Assembly: GCA_964016885.1 (NCBI GenBank)
Contig: OZ024751.1
Coordinates: 30,318,001-30,382,000 of the forward strand
DNA from: Eledone cirrhosa
Lineage: Eukaryota
Direction of reading: 5' to 3'
DNA: 64,000 bases
In this document: piece by piece, positions 12,673 to 24,415 of the stretch
How positions within the stretch are numbered: position 1 is the first letter of the stretch
How the letters are laid out: every line of letters starts with the position of its first letter
Notes under the pieces: model-generated
What the model was told of the DNA's origin: nothing
What the model saw: the letters and a program-made list of their open reading frames with translations, nothing else
Databases searched by the model: none
Translations under genes and position numbers: made by a program

Positions 12673-13592
12673 GTAAGTTTCAAGTAATTAGAAACAAAAA
12701 TCATATAAACTAATCTATCTTTTCCAAATAATTTTTAAATCTCAAAATGCTATTATTGTTGTTGTTTCAATTATATTTTAAGAAATTGATTTTACTTAAA
12801 CTAATAATTTTCATTTTTTTTTTGTTTTATTATCTGTAAACCGTGTATTTTCATGTGGTTAAGAAGTTCATTTGGCTTTCATTTAGTTCTGGGTTCAAAC
12901 TCATTAGAAGGTACCTTGGTTAAATGTCTTTTACTGAAGCCTTGGTTGCCCCAATGTCTTTTGAGTTTAATTTTCTAGCCAGAAACTGTGTGTGTGTGTG
13001 TAGACAGATTTATGTTTACCATTGTGTGTCAAATTGTGTCACTTTATAAAATAAATCTTTTGTTTCCGAAATAATACAAAAAAAGAATTTTCTCCGTTAT
13101 TATAATTGTTTCTACTTTAGGCACAAGGCCAGCAATTACCCAGTGCATTACTGGTACTTTATTTTATCGACCCCGTAAGGATGAAAGGCAAAGTTAACCT
13201 CGGCGGGATTTGAACTCAGAATGGCAAGGGCCGTATTATAATGTAATTGTTTATACAGAGTTTTGTCCCTTAGATCAGTGTGGCAAATATCACTGACTAG
13301 TTTATTTATTTATTTATTCATGACAGTCATTTCAGCGTTGGATAAATGTTTATTAGAATTTGTACGAGGTCTTTACGTTCTGAGTTCAAATCATCTCGCC
13401 GTAGTTAATTTTGCTTTTCATTTGGTCATTCCATTAGAGTAACTTGATCAGCTTATGAACCTTTCAGCCGACCCTTGTATTAATGTTGTCACTTGTAATC
13501 GAGAGTGACTCAGTAGAATTTACCATGCTTGTACTAACTGTTTTAGGTTCCTGTGAAATCATGGGTCATGAGCATTTTTTTCTTTTTTGTAG

Positions 13593-13774
13593 ATCCATCA
13601 AGCCGGGGTGACTTACGTCAAAGAAAGTCTCCAAGCGATAATAATGACTTAGACACTATTTTACAACATTGTAATCAAATGCAAGGTAAACTAGCAGAAG
13701 AAATGTTGATGTTGACAAGAAACCTGAAAGAGAATGTGTCTGCTGCAAGTAGAATTGTCAAAGATGATTTAAGG
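13593..13774 (+). CDS. USE1: USE1 exon 5 (SNARE motif)
   Basis: ttgtag|..DLRQRK..DLDTILQHCNQMQGKLAEEMLMLTRNLKENVSAASRIVKDDLR|gtaagg. Confidence 0.92.
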
Positions 13775-14154
13775 GTAAGGACTGTCTTAATTCTGTGTGT
13801 TTGTGTGTGTGTTTACAGGTTGCTGTGTGTGTGTGTGCAGGTGAGTGAAGGAAGTCGGATACACATATCATCAACAGGATGGACTGCATGTGTTTTGTCT
13901 TGTCACCAGCACGACCACGTTACAGGGTAGACAGGGTGTTTTTGTCTTGTCATCAGCATGACCATTTTATAGGGTGGACTGGGTGCTTTTTACACTTATC
14001 TACTCAATTATGTGGTCTAATGTTAGACTGTTTAACATATGGGCACATATATACACACTTATTTCCTCAACTGTGTAGTTTAATGGTGAGACTGCATGAC
14101 ACACAGACATACATAATACACTTATCTATTCAACTGTGTAGTCTAATGTCAGAC

Positions 14155-14319
14155 CAGTCATGGAAAAATTGCAGCCCCGCAAGCAACATGCAGCCCGTTT
14201 ATCTTTCTGAATGGCATGCTTAATTTCAAAATTGCCTCGAATTTTTTAGTAGTACGGCTCACTTTATGATGAGCCACATCCTATGCGACCCACTGCTAAA
14301 AAAAGATTGCCCATGCCTG
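14155..14319. mobile_element. hAT-type MITE inserted in minisatellite-related sequence
   Basis: CAGTCATGGAAAA ... TTGCCCATGCCTG imperfect TIRs; 8-bp TSD tgtcagac / tgttagac (1 mismatch). Confidence 0.65.
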
Positions 14320-14339
14320 TGTTAGACTGTCTAACAGAC

Positions 14340-15060
14340 AGTCAGACATACACACTTATTTCTTTAGCTGTGTAGTGAAATGGTGAAACTGTGTGACAGA
14401 GAGGCATACACACACTTATCTCCTTAGCTGTGTAGTGTAATGGTGAGACTGTGTGACAGACAGGCATACACACACTTATCTCCTTAGCTGTGTAGTGTAA
14501 TGGTGAGACTGTGTGACAGAGAGGCATACACACACTTATCTCCTTAGCTGTGTAGTGTAATGGTGAGACTGTGTGACAGACAGGCATACACACACTTATC
14601 TCCTTAGCTGTGTAGTGTAATGGTGAGACTGTGTGACAGACAGGCATACACACACTTATCTCCTTAGCTGTGTAGTGTAATGGTGAGACTGTGTGACAGA
14701 GAGGCATACACATACTTATCTCCTTAGCTGTGTAGTGTAATGGTGAGACTGTGTGACAGAGAGGCATACACATACTTATCTCTTTAGCTGTGTAGTGTAA
14801 TGGTGAGACTGTGTGACAGAGAGGCATACACACACTTATCTCCTTAGCTGTGTAGTGTAATGGTGAGACTGTGTGACAGACAGGCATACACATACTTATC
14901 TCTTTAGCTGTGTAGTGTAATGGTGAGACTGTGTGACAGACAGGCATACACACACTTATCTCTTTAGCCGTGTAGTGTAATGTTAGACTGTTTAACTGAT
15001 AGACAAACACACACTTATCTCCTTAGGTGTGTAATGTAATGGTGAGACTGTGTGACAGAT
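14340..15060. repeat. 60-bp minisatellite, about 12 near-identical copies, in USE1 intron 5
   Basis: Successive 60-nt lines are almost identical (ggcatacacacacttatctccttagctgtgtagtgtaatggtgagactgtgtgacaga); degenerate copies extend from about 13990. Confidence 0.95.
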
Positions 15061-15291
15061 AGTCAAGCCCATAAGTCTAGCTGTTGTGTAATGAACTGTG
15101 TGGCTATGTGACAAGCAGACAGACAGACAGACAATCCCCCTTAGTCTAGCTATGTAGCCAAAATTACTACCTTCCCCTCACATACCTCTTATCTCTCTCT
15201 CTCTCCTGCCATCCAATAATATCTCAATTTACTTCAAGTTCAATAAATCATCTGAGACAAGCTGACTACTGATATCATCTCTCTCTCTCTT

Positions 15292-15353
<62 letters not shown>

Positions 15354-15627
15354 AGCTTGCTTTTGTCTGTAGAGGGTGTACATGATTGTGTGGTTGTTTT
15401 ATATGTACAACATGTGGGTGTGTCTATAAACATGATTATGTGTGTATGTTTATATATATATTTACTTTATCATACATATTGTGTGTGTTTGCATGTTCAC
15501 AGTATGTGTATATTTATTCTGATATATGTATAGTTTCAATGTGACAATGTGAATGAATGTTCAGCCATCTATAATGTTTTAATGCATGTGTGTATGTGTG
15601 AGATATTGTTTAATTGTGAATTTCGAA

Positions 15628-15800
15628 GAGTGGTTAGGGTGCTGGGCTGATTATCGCAATGCTGTGAGTTCAATTCCCAGACAGTGCAGTATGTTTTGTC
15701 CTTGAACAAGACACTTTATTTCAAATTGCTTCAATTCACTCAGCTGCCAAAAATGAGTTGAACCTGTAATTATAGGAGTCATCCTTGTCACACATTGCAC
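15628..15800 (+). mobile_element. tRNA-derived SINE (second family, CORE-like centre)
   Basis: A box agtggttagg, B box gagttcaattcc, then gtccttgaacaagacacttt; related copies near 16250-16390 (-), 23315-23425 (-), 60690-60850 (+). Confidence 0.55.
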
Positions 15801-17734
15801 CCTGCTGAATCTCCCTTGGAACTATGTTCTATTTGTGGAATGCTTAGTCCTGTTCAAGCAACTGGTGCACTCATCACTGGAAATGACACAGGGCCAACAA
15901 CAACAACAACAACAGCAGCAACATTGATATTCCATGCATGTTATTATTAGTTTTGTGTTGCAAACCTTACAACAATATCCCCTAGTTATTATCAGCAAGA
16001 CCCCGAAAATACTGTGGTACCCGGATTAAAAAAGTATATTTTTACACCTTCATGCACCATTTCACAAATCTTCACCCATTTAACAGCAACCCAGCCAAAG
16101 CTAACTCTGGTTCAATGAAGCAAAACCACCCATTTTTAAAGGGTTCTTAATTAAACTGAAATCTTCCCAACAGACAGAGTTGGGTGGAACTTGTCAAATT
16201 AGACCAAGGAAACAATGTTTCTATTGGTCTTTCCATTACTGATAATATCTACTGGCTGCAACTCCTGGCAGAAGGAGCAATCAGAAATGAAGAGTCTTGC
16301 TCAAGGACATGACAATGCATTGTCCGATCCTGGAATTGAACTTGCAACCTCACAATTGTGTATCTAGTTCACTAACCACTAAGCCACATTCCTTCACTTG
16401 TAGTAGAAAGACCTAGATATTGTTGGTGAAACCTACCTAAGCACTGCCATTTGTAATACTCCTTAGTAAAAAGGATTTTCTGTTGTGTGCGTGTGAAGGA
16501 GTTAATATGTAGAAAACTGTCCCCCTCTCCACATACATACAACAGTTTTGATTTTGTTGTTTCATTAACAGCAGCCCCTGGGTGTTTGTTTGTAGTTGTT
16601 GTTGTTGTTCTTTATTTTATTTATTGTTTATCAGTAGTATTAGTAGCAGCAGTAGTTATAGTGGTAAAGGTAGTAGTAGTGGTGGTGGTGGTAATAGTAG
16701 TGGTAGTGGTGGTGATGGTAGTAATAATGGTAGTAGTGGTGTTGTTGGTGGAGGTGATAGTTGTAGTGTAGTGGGAGTGGAGATGGTGGTGGTGGTGGTG
16801 GTAGTAGTAGTAGTAGTGGTGGTGGTGGTAGTGGTAATGGTGGTAGTAATAGTGGTAGTGGTAGTAGTAGTAAGAAATGTTTGTTTTTCGGCCTGTTTTG
16901 ACTTGGTGTTGATAAAGTTTTGTTTCAAGTGTGGGGTGGGAGTGGGAGTGGGAGTGGCAGGTGGAGTAAATGGAGTTTCTAAAGCAGTTGTGTTCTTCTT
17001 TCTTCACTTATCTACCCCACCAATACCCCCACAACATCTACTCCACCAAATACTCCACAACATCACCACTGTCTCTACCTCATCCAATACCCCATAGCAT
17101 CCCCCCCCCAACATCTACCTCATCCAATACCCCACAACATTGTCACCACTGTCTCTACCTCATCCAATACCCCATAGCATCCACCCCACCCCAACATCTT
17201 CCTCTCTAATATCCCACAACATTGACCTCCACCAATACTCTCTCCAATACCCTTACAATCCACCCCAACGTCATCTACCACCCAACCATCACCACAGTCT
17301 CTACCTCATCCAACACCCTCAACATCCACCCCAACACTATCACCCCAGCCTTGCTACTGTAGCTGCAGACTTTTATTAACTCTGATCCCTGCCATCAGCT
17401 GTAAGTCTTGTCTTGTCTTTTATTCTAAAGGAACCCACAATTATAAAAATTAAAAGTAAAATCTGGTTCTTCCTGCCCTTCCCCCTCCCCCTTCTCACCT
17501 CATTTCCCACCCTCTTCCCACCCTCTTCTCACCCTCTTCCCACCCAGCTTGTTGACAATCAGTTTGGATCTTGTATGTTTAGTCAGCTTGTTTTATCTTA
17601 TTAAATACTGATGGTGTGTGAGTGTTGTGGTGTTGGGTCGTGTAACTGGCTATGGGGTGGTGGGGTGTATGATTCTATAGTATGGAGTCTGAGTGAATGA
17701 GTCATTCAAAGAGATCCAGCAATTTGTTTGTTTG

Positions 17735-17788
<54 letters not shown>

Positions 17789-17893
17789 GTGTGTATATAT
17801 ATATATGTAAAAGGTAAACAGAGATAACAACACAATCGGTACAGTATATGGAAGGAATATATTAGGTTAACGCTTGATATAGCAGGAAGAGGG

Positions 17894-17929
17894 TCTTAAC
17901 GTTTCGGACGCTAGTCCTTCATCAGAAGA
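17894..17929 (-). ncRNA. Minimal type-I hammerhead ribozyme motif (Penelope-like element remnant)
   Basis: Minus strand TCTT-CTGATGA-A-GGAC-TAGC-GTCC-GAAAC-GTT-AAGA: intact core, 4-bp helix II, palindromic ACGT helix III, helix I TCTT/AAGA. Confidence 0.65.
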
Positions 17930-18789
17930 AAGAATGAGAAATAAGATAGATTGAGGGAACGGGCAGGATGGAATTGGAAAACATGTCTTTAGATAAAAAT
18001 AACAGGTCCATTCATGTTTCATCATCATCATCATTTAATGTCTATCTTCCACGCTAGCATGGGTTAGACGGGAATTGTCCCACTTGAGGCAAGATTGGTC
18101 GGGTAGCCATATCTCGCTCGTATAAGACTGTATCTGGCAGGTTTTCTATGGCTGGATGCCCTTCCTAACACCAACCACATTTACCGTGTCTCCTACACAA
18201 CCACTTTAGGGCGTGGACTGGGTGCTTTTTGTCATGTCACCTACACAACCACTTTAGTGTGGACTGGATGTTCTGTGGTACCAACATTACTTTACAGAGA
18301 AAGGGTGGTTTTATATATGAGGCTTTATATTATGATCACTGTATAATGTTAAAACACTTCTGATCACTTATGTATACCTTTATTTGCACACACATAACAC
18401 AGTAGTTTATGTGAGGAAAAAATCAACTATCTGAATATAAAATCCTTTGCTCCAATCCTACATGCTACTCTAACTTTCTCATTATTAAGCTGATGTTCGG
18501 AGCATAACTTAACAAAGGTTCTTACATAAAATAATGATGGAGTGATTTTTAGATAAATCTAAACACTTTAAAACAGTTTTGTATCACAAAACAAGGGATG
18601 GTTTCAGGTGGTTTGGAACATAACTTAACAAAGGTTCTTACATAAAATTATGATTGAAGGTTTCTAGATAAATATAAGCACTTTAAAACAAACAGTTATG
18701 TATCACAAAACCAGGAGTGGTTTCAGGTGGTTTGGAATATAATTTAACAGGTTCTTGTGTAAAATTATGATGGAATGATTTTTTTAGAA

Positions 18790-19110
18790 GGCATCATTGA
18801 GAGAGAGAGAGCAGGGTGGTTTGATATTGAGAGAGAGAGAGAGAGCAGGGTGGTTTGATATTGAGAGAGAGAGAGAGAGAGCAGGGTGGTTTGATATTGA
18901 GAGAGAGCAGGGTGGTTTGATATTGAGAGAGAGAGAGAGCAGGGTGGTTTGATATTGAGAGAGAGAGAGAGCAGGGTGGTTTGATTTTGAGAGAGAGAGA
19001 GAGCAGGGTGGTTTGATATTGAGAGAGAGAGAGCAGGGTGGTTTGATATTGAGAGAGAGAGAGCAGGGTGGTTTGATATTGAGAGAGAGAGAGCAGGGTG
19101 GTTTGATATC
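18790..19110. repeat. Compound minisatellite GCAGGGTGGTTTGATATT(GA)n, about 10 copies
   Basis: An 18-nt core alternates with variable-length (GA)n, just upstream of the last USE1 exon. Confidence 0.9.
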
Positions 19111-19212
19111 AAAAGTGTTAATAAAAACCAATCTATTTTGTGTTCTTATTTGATACAATACCTGATTTATTCTGAAAATGTTATTAATGTTTTTTTTCTT
19201 TCTTTTTTTCAG

Positions 19213-19386
19213 ACCATTTCTGATAGTTCACAAATAGCAGGCTCAAATTTTGATAAGTTGAAAATACAGACAGAACATTTGGAAGCACACACAAATTCTT
19301 GCACATGGTGGGTGTGGCTCATGATTGCTGCTGTGACATTCACATTTCTCTGGATGATATTATTTATTAGAATATTTGCAAAATAA
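19213..19386 (+). CDS. USE1: USE1 exon 6 (C-terminal transmembrane anchor, stop)
   Basis: ttttcag|TISDSSQIAGSNFDKLKIQTEHLEAH...WWVWLMIAAVTFTFLWMILFIRIFAK*; six exons total 735 nt = 244 aa plus stop. Confidence 0.92.
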   Translation, partial: TISDSSQIAGSNFDKLKIQTEHLEAHTNSCTWWVWLMIAAVTFTFLWMILFIRIFAK

Positions 19387-19469
19387 TTGTTGGTTTGAGT
19401 TGATAAACCCTCTCCCCATACTTGTTATTACTAAACTATATTATTATTATTATTTTTATTAATAATTTA

Positions 19470-19695
19470 TGCCGGTGGATTGGCAGAATCAGTAGAGCAT
19501 CGGACAACGTTTTGTGGCATAGAGTTACAGCCCTTTACGTTCTGAGTTAAAATCCCACCGATGTTAGCTTTGCCTTTCATCCTTACAGGGGTGATAAAAT
19601 AAAGTACCAGTCATGCACTGGGGTCCATTACATTGATTTCTCCCTCCCCCAAAATTGCTGGCCTTGTGCCTATATAAGAAACCATTATTATTGTT
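19470..19695 (+). mobile_element. tRNA-derived SINE (main family), full length, just after the USE1 stop
   Basis: A box tggcagaatcagtag, B box gagttaaaatcc, central gcctttcatccttacaggggtgataaaataaagtaccag (resembles the Meta-type SINE domain), (att)n tail. Many other copies, e.g. 1400-1770, 5180-5365, 13105-13230, 42390-42545, 45100-45520, 58400-58830. Confidence 0.8.
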
Positions 19696-21254
19696 TATCC
19701 CAACCATCACCAGTTATCAAAGCTATGTTCGTAAAAATTATGAACTGTCAATGATGTTTGCATGCATTGTCCCTTAACTTCCAAGGAAGTCGTAAGTGTG
19801 CCATATAGACATACAGCATTTCTAGGATATTTTTGAAACCTGGCAGAGCCCATCCCTTTCCAGGTATGGTAAACAGTAGGTTCCTTCCAAAAAATTTTAG
19901 AGAATGAGAGAATGGAAGTGAGAAGTACTAGACTGGAACTTCTTTTATCGACCGCGAATGGCTGAAAGACAATATTGACCTCAGCATGATTTGAACTCAG
20001 AGAGCAGAAAGTTGAAACAAATACTGCAAAGCATTCTATATGATGTTCTAACAACTGCCAATTCACTGCCTCAAAGAAGTTTACCAACAAGATTTTGGTT
20101 GGTGTTAGGAAGGGCATCGAGCCGTAGAAATCCAGCCTGAAACACCCCTACACAGCTTGCCTCAAAATAGGACCCGATTAATCCATGCTAGCGTGGAAGA
20201 TGGACATTAATTGATGATGATGATGTTACCATGGGTTTTAGAAAACATGAATATTTACACAGTGTTATACCTAATGAAGGGCCTCCAGCCATTGAAACTG
20301 TGCCAGGATTTGGATGTATGAACGACACACTCTCATCTCACCTAGCTACCCTCACAATGTGACAACCCCAAATCATCACAGTTTTATGCCTACTTTTCAA
20401 TGTTTGCAAGAATTAGAAAATTGATAGTTATTGGAGTATCATAATTCTGGTTCTCTCTGCTCTGAGTTCAAGTGCTGATTCTCTACTCCCTATCTCCCCT
20501 TACTCTCTTTCCCTTCCCTCCTTCTCCCCCTTTACTCACACGCTCTCCTTTTCCTTCACTCTCCCTCATCCCTCACTCTCTCTCTTCCATCCCTCACTTC
20601 TCTCTTTCTCAATTCTCCCATCTCTCTCATCCCTCCATCTCTCTCTCTCTCAAAATAATGCCTTCTAAAATTCCCCCCCCAAAATCCCCAGAGTGAAGTC
20701 ACCTTTGTATTTTCTTATTAAAATTCCATGATAAACCCTTAGTGGTCATTGAGGAAGTCACCTGGGATTGTTATATTGGTTGACGACTGATGATGTAAAG
20801 GAGGATATTTCCTTGCAAAATGTGAGCAACATGTCTCCCCAAAACTGAGAATGAGCTGTTCAGCTCTTCAATTTTATAATAAAATTATATTTGTATTGTT
20901 TTATTTCGACAAACTGTGATGTTTCCTAGTGTATTTAGATGTGATTGATAATGGCTGGTTGAGCTCTTCATTTTTATAATAAAATTTTATTCATATTAAG
21001 ATTGTTGGTTTTTTGTTTTATTTTGATAAACTGCGATGTTTGCTTCTGTATTTGGATGTGGTTAAAAGAAATATTTCGTCTTGTATTAATTACTAGCAGG
21101 CCTTGTGCTGTAAAAAATGATGGCTAATTGTAATATCTATACATGATATAAAAAAGAGATGTTTGTTGGTTGGTTGGTTCCTTCGCACTCGCACAAATCA
21201 TACAAACACAGCTGTGACGAATCAGAATGCTGAACTTCTATAGTTTCTCACTCC

Positions 21255-21430
21255 CCTCAGCCGACGTCATCACCCCTTCCTCCTTCAGTCGACGTCATCA
21301 CCCCTTCCTTCCTCAGTCGACCTCATCACCCTTCCTTCTTCAGTCGATGTCATCACCCCTTCCTTCCTCAGTCGACCTCATCACCCCTTCCTTCCTCAGT
21401 TGACCTCATCACCCCTTCCTTCCTCAGTCA
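21255..21430. repeat. 28-29-bp minisatellite, about 6 copies
   Basis: cctcagtcgac(g/c)tcatcaccccttcctt repeated in tandem. Confidence 0.9.
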
Positions 21431-22518
21431 TCTCTAAGGGTGTTCCAGCAAGGGCATACCAGGAGGTGCTGTGTAGTCTGTGGATCAATGCCAGTCACAC
21501 ACAACGTCCCCATCCTTTAAATATCCCCATTTTGCAAGATTGGGTTTTGCACGTCGAACACCAGATCTTAGTCTGTTTAGGCAGACTGCTTAGTTTGTAT
21601 CTGCTCCTGATAACAGAGTGCTGTGTGGTTAAGAAGTTCTTTTGGCAACTAAGTAGTCTTGGGTTCTATCTTGTCTTCTACTAGAGCTGAAGGTCAATCA
21701 ATATTTTGGTAGTGAATTTGGTTGAAGAAATCTATAAAGAAGCCTGTTGTATGTGTGTGTGTGTATATATATATATATAGTCACACACATAAATATAGAC
21801 ACATACACACAAATGTATTGATATATTGTATCGTTGTAAATATGTGTATACAGATATATATGTATATATATTTATATCTCATATCTAATGCAGAAGATAT
21901 ATCTATGTTTACATATTGGCATCAGTTACTCTCTGGCAATGGACCAATCAGAATTAAAACTAACCATTCCCTACCTAAGTATATATATATATGTATATAG
22001 CATGATATATATATATGTATATAGCATGATATATATATATGTATATAGCATGATATATATGTATATAGCATGATATATATATATATATATATATATGTGT
22101 GTCCGTATCAAATGTTTCGCTATTACTTAGAATTCATTTCTCTGTGACTGAGAATAAATATGAGAAATTTACAAACGTATTTCTCATGCACATACCTATA
22201 TGTCTACACACACGCACACACTAAGAAGCACACACATACACAACAAGAAACACACACAGACATTTATAATATTTAACTTTTTTTTTCTTTGGGGTTTTTC
22301 TTTGTCAGTTTTCCCTGAACGGAAGCTGAATGATATATTGTTTTATGTCTACAATTAAATATTTCATTTTTTGCAAGGCTGAGCAGATTTACATGTTGGT
22401 GTGATAAATGGGAAAGTGAGTAATTGATTTTGCAGATATATTCTTGGTCAAGACATGGAACTTATGGAAACTGCCTGGCTTCGTGAGAATTAATCGGATG
22501 TATAGATGGATGTATCAG

Positions 22519-22557
<39 letters not shown>

Positions 22558-22676
22558 ATTAGATAGGTAGGGAGATAGATTATAAATATACATTTATACA
22601 TTCATATATATATATATATATAAATGTGTATGTGTGTACACATAAATAGATGAGTATATATGTGTATATACACACA

Positions 22677-22707
<31 letters not shown>

Positions 22708-22770
22708 GTGTACGCATATCTATATATATTCAAATATGTACTCACACACATACACATATATATATATATA

Positions 22771-23055
22771 TATAATTGAATATAAAAGAAAAACGAACGC
22801 AGATGTATACATATATGTGTTCAAATCGTAAGGGACCAGATTCGCTAAGATGAGAAGAATACTAACTATAGACAATAGGGTTTGCCAGACTCAATTTAAG
22901 AATAAATCAAGAAAATAAATACAAACCGGAATTGTGGTAACTATTGTCTATTGTCTATAGTTAGTATTCTCTTCACCTTAGCGAATCTGGCCCCTTACGA
23001 TTTGAACACATATATCTATATATCTGTGTTTGTTTTTCTTTTATATTCATTTATA
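22771..23055. repeat. Long inverted repeat (about 105-bp arms, about 70-bp spacer) flanked by (TA)n
   Basis: gtgttcaaatcgtaagggaccagattcgctaagatgagaagaatactaactatagacaatag versus its diverged reverse complement at about 22948-23010. Confidence 0.85.
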
Positions 23056-23452
23056 ATATACGGCTCGGAAAAATCTCATTCCTCGAGCTATTTTATTATA
23101 AGAGACTATTTTGAGTTTGTAACTCATTATATACCTTTGATATATAAAAATATATATATATATATATATATATAAGGGATAACAAAATATTGTTATAGGT
23201 AATTCAGTTAGAGGTTGTGAATACTTCTTGTTATGGACAATTTTAGCTTACGGCGTTGTTTGACTCATATTCTCCACTTTTTCAATTATATATATATATA
23301 TATATATAATTGAAAAAGTGGAGCAACGTGAAATGTTTTTCTCAAGAACACAGCACGCGACTCGACCCAGGAATCGAGCCTACGACATTATGATCGTAAG
23401 TCCAACACCCTTACTACTAGGCCACGTGCCTCCACCATATATATATATACAA

Positions 23453-23524
<72 letters not shown>

Positions 23525-24012
23525 CGATGGAGAGAAAGAAAGAGAGTGGGTGAAAGAGATACAAACGGTGAAATGATGAAAGGTATCTATTCTGTTATAT
23601 AGAGGAATGAAATACAGGGAAGACAATTTACATCGGGGCAAAACATAAATTAAAAGAAAAGATTAAATAAATAAAAAGCGAGCGAGAAAGAAAGAAAAAA
23701 AAAAGAAAGAACGAATGAATGAGAGAAAGATATTGAAAAGGAAAAAAAAGGAAGAAACACGAAAGAGTGAATCTCGAAGAATTTTATGCCTGAGTTGTTT
23801 CAGTGATTGGATTCATTCCGGATGGCATCAATTTTACCATTTGTCTTAGTCCGGTGTCATGTCTTCCATTAGAGGGAGAGAGGGAGAGAGAAATAGGGTG
23901 GTGGTGGTGGTGGTGGTGGTGGTGGTGGGGATGGGGTGACTGCAAGAAAAGAGGAAGTGTGGGTTACTGGTCTTCAACGACGCCAATAATATCGCTAGCT
24001 GAACAGTTAACA

Positions 24013-24047
<35 letters not shown>

Positions 24048-24051
24048 CCTA

Positions 24052-24082
<31 letters not shown>

Positions 24083-24086
24083 CCTA

Positions 24087-24117
<31 letters not shown>

Positions 24118-24121
24118 CCTA

Positions 24122-24152
<31 letters not shown>

Positions 24153-24156
24153 CCTA

Positions 24157-24187
<31 letters not shown>

Positions 24188-24213
24188 CCTACTATCTATC
24201 TATCTATCTATCT
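24013..24213. repeat. (TCTA)n array with periodic TACCTAC interruptions, 5' flank of LINE
   Basis: Directly visible; a matching array with the same interruption resumes at 29918-30048. Confidence 0.95.
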
Positions 24214-24415
24214 TGATAGAGTAAGACACGCTTCGCATCGGCTCCGCTATTCCATCGGGATTTACCCTTACTATTGTAAGTACCGGATAAATTTTTTAGT
24301 GCAACACATTTGGAACACTAACCCCTGTTATTTAGGGAAACATTTTTGCATTTACCCCCTTTTTAGGGGGTAAAATAAATATCTATTTTTGCCGAAAAAT
24401 TTCTTTCTTGGCAGC

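Noticed and set aside
14342-15010. 222-aa ORF with Cys/His 20-aa repeats that looks zinc-finger-like
   Set aside because: It is the translation of a 60-bp intronic minisatellite, antisense within USE1 intron 5; no domain spacing or flanking gene structure.
16487-17097. Ser/Gly/Val- or Thr/His-rich ORFs
   Set aside because: (GTA/GTG)n trinucleotide tract inside USE1 intron 5.
18790-19110. Repeat-spacer pattern resembling a CRISPR array
   Set aside because: Spacers are only (GA)n of variable length, the context is a eukaryotic intron and there are no cas genes.
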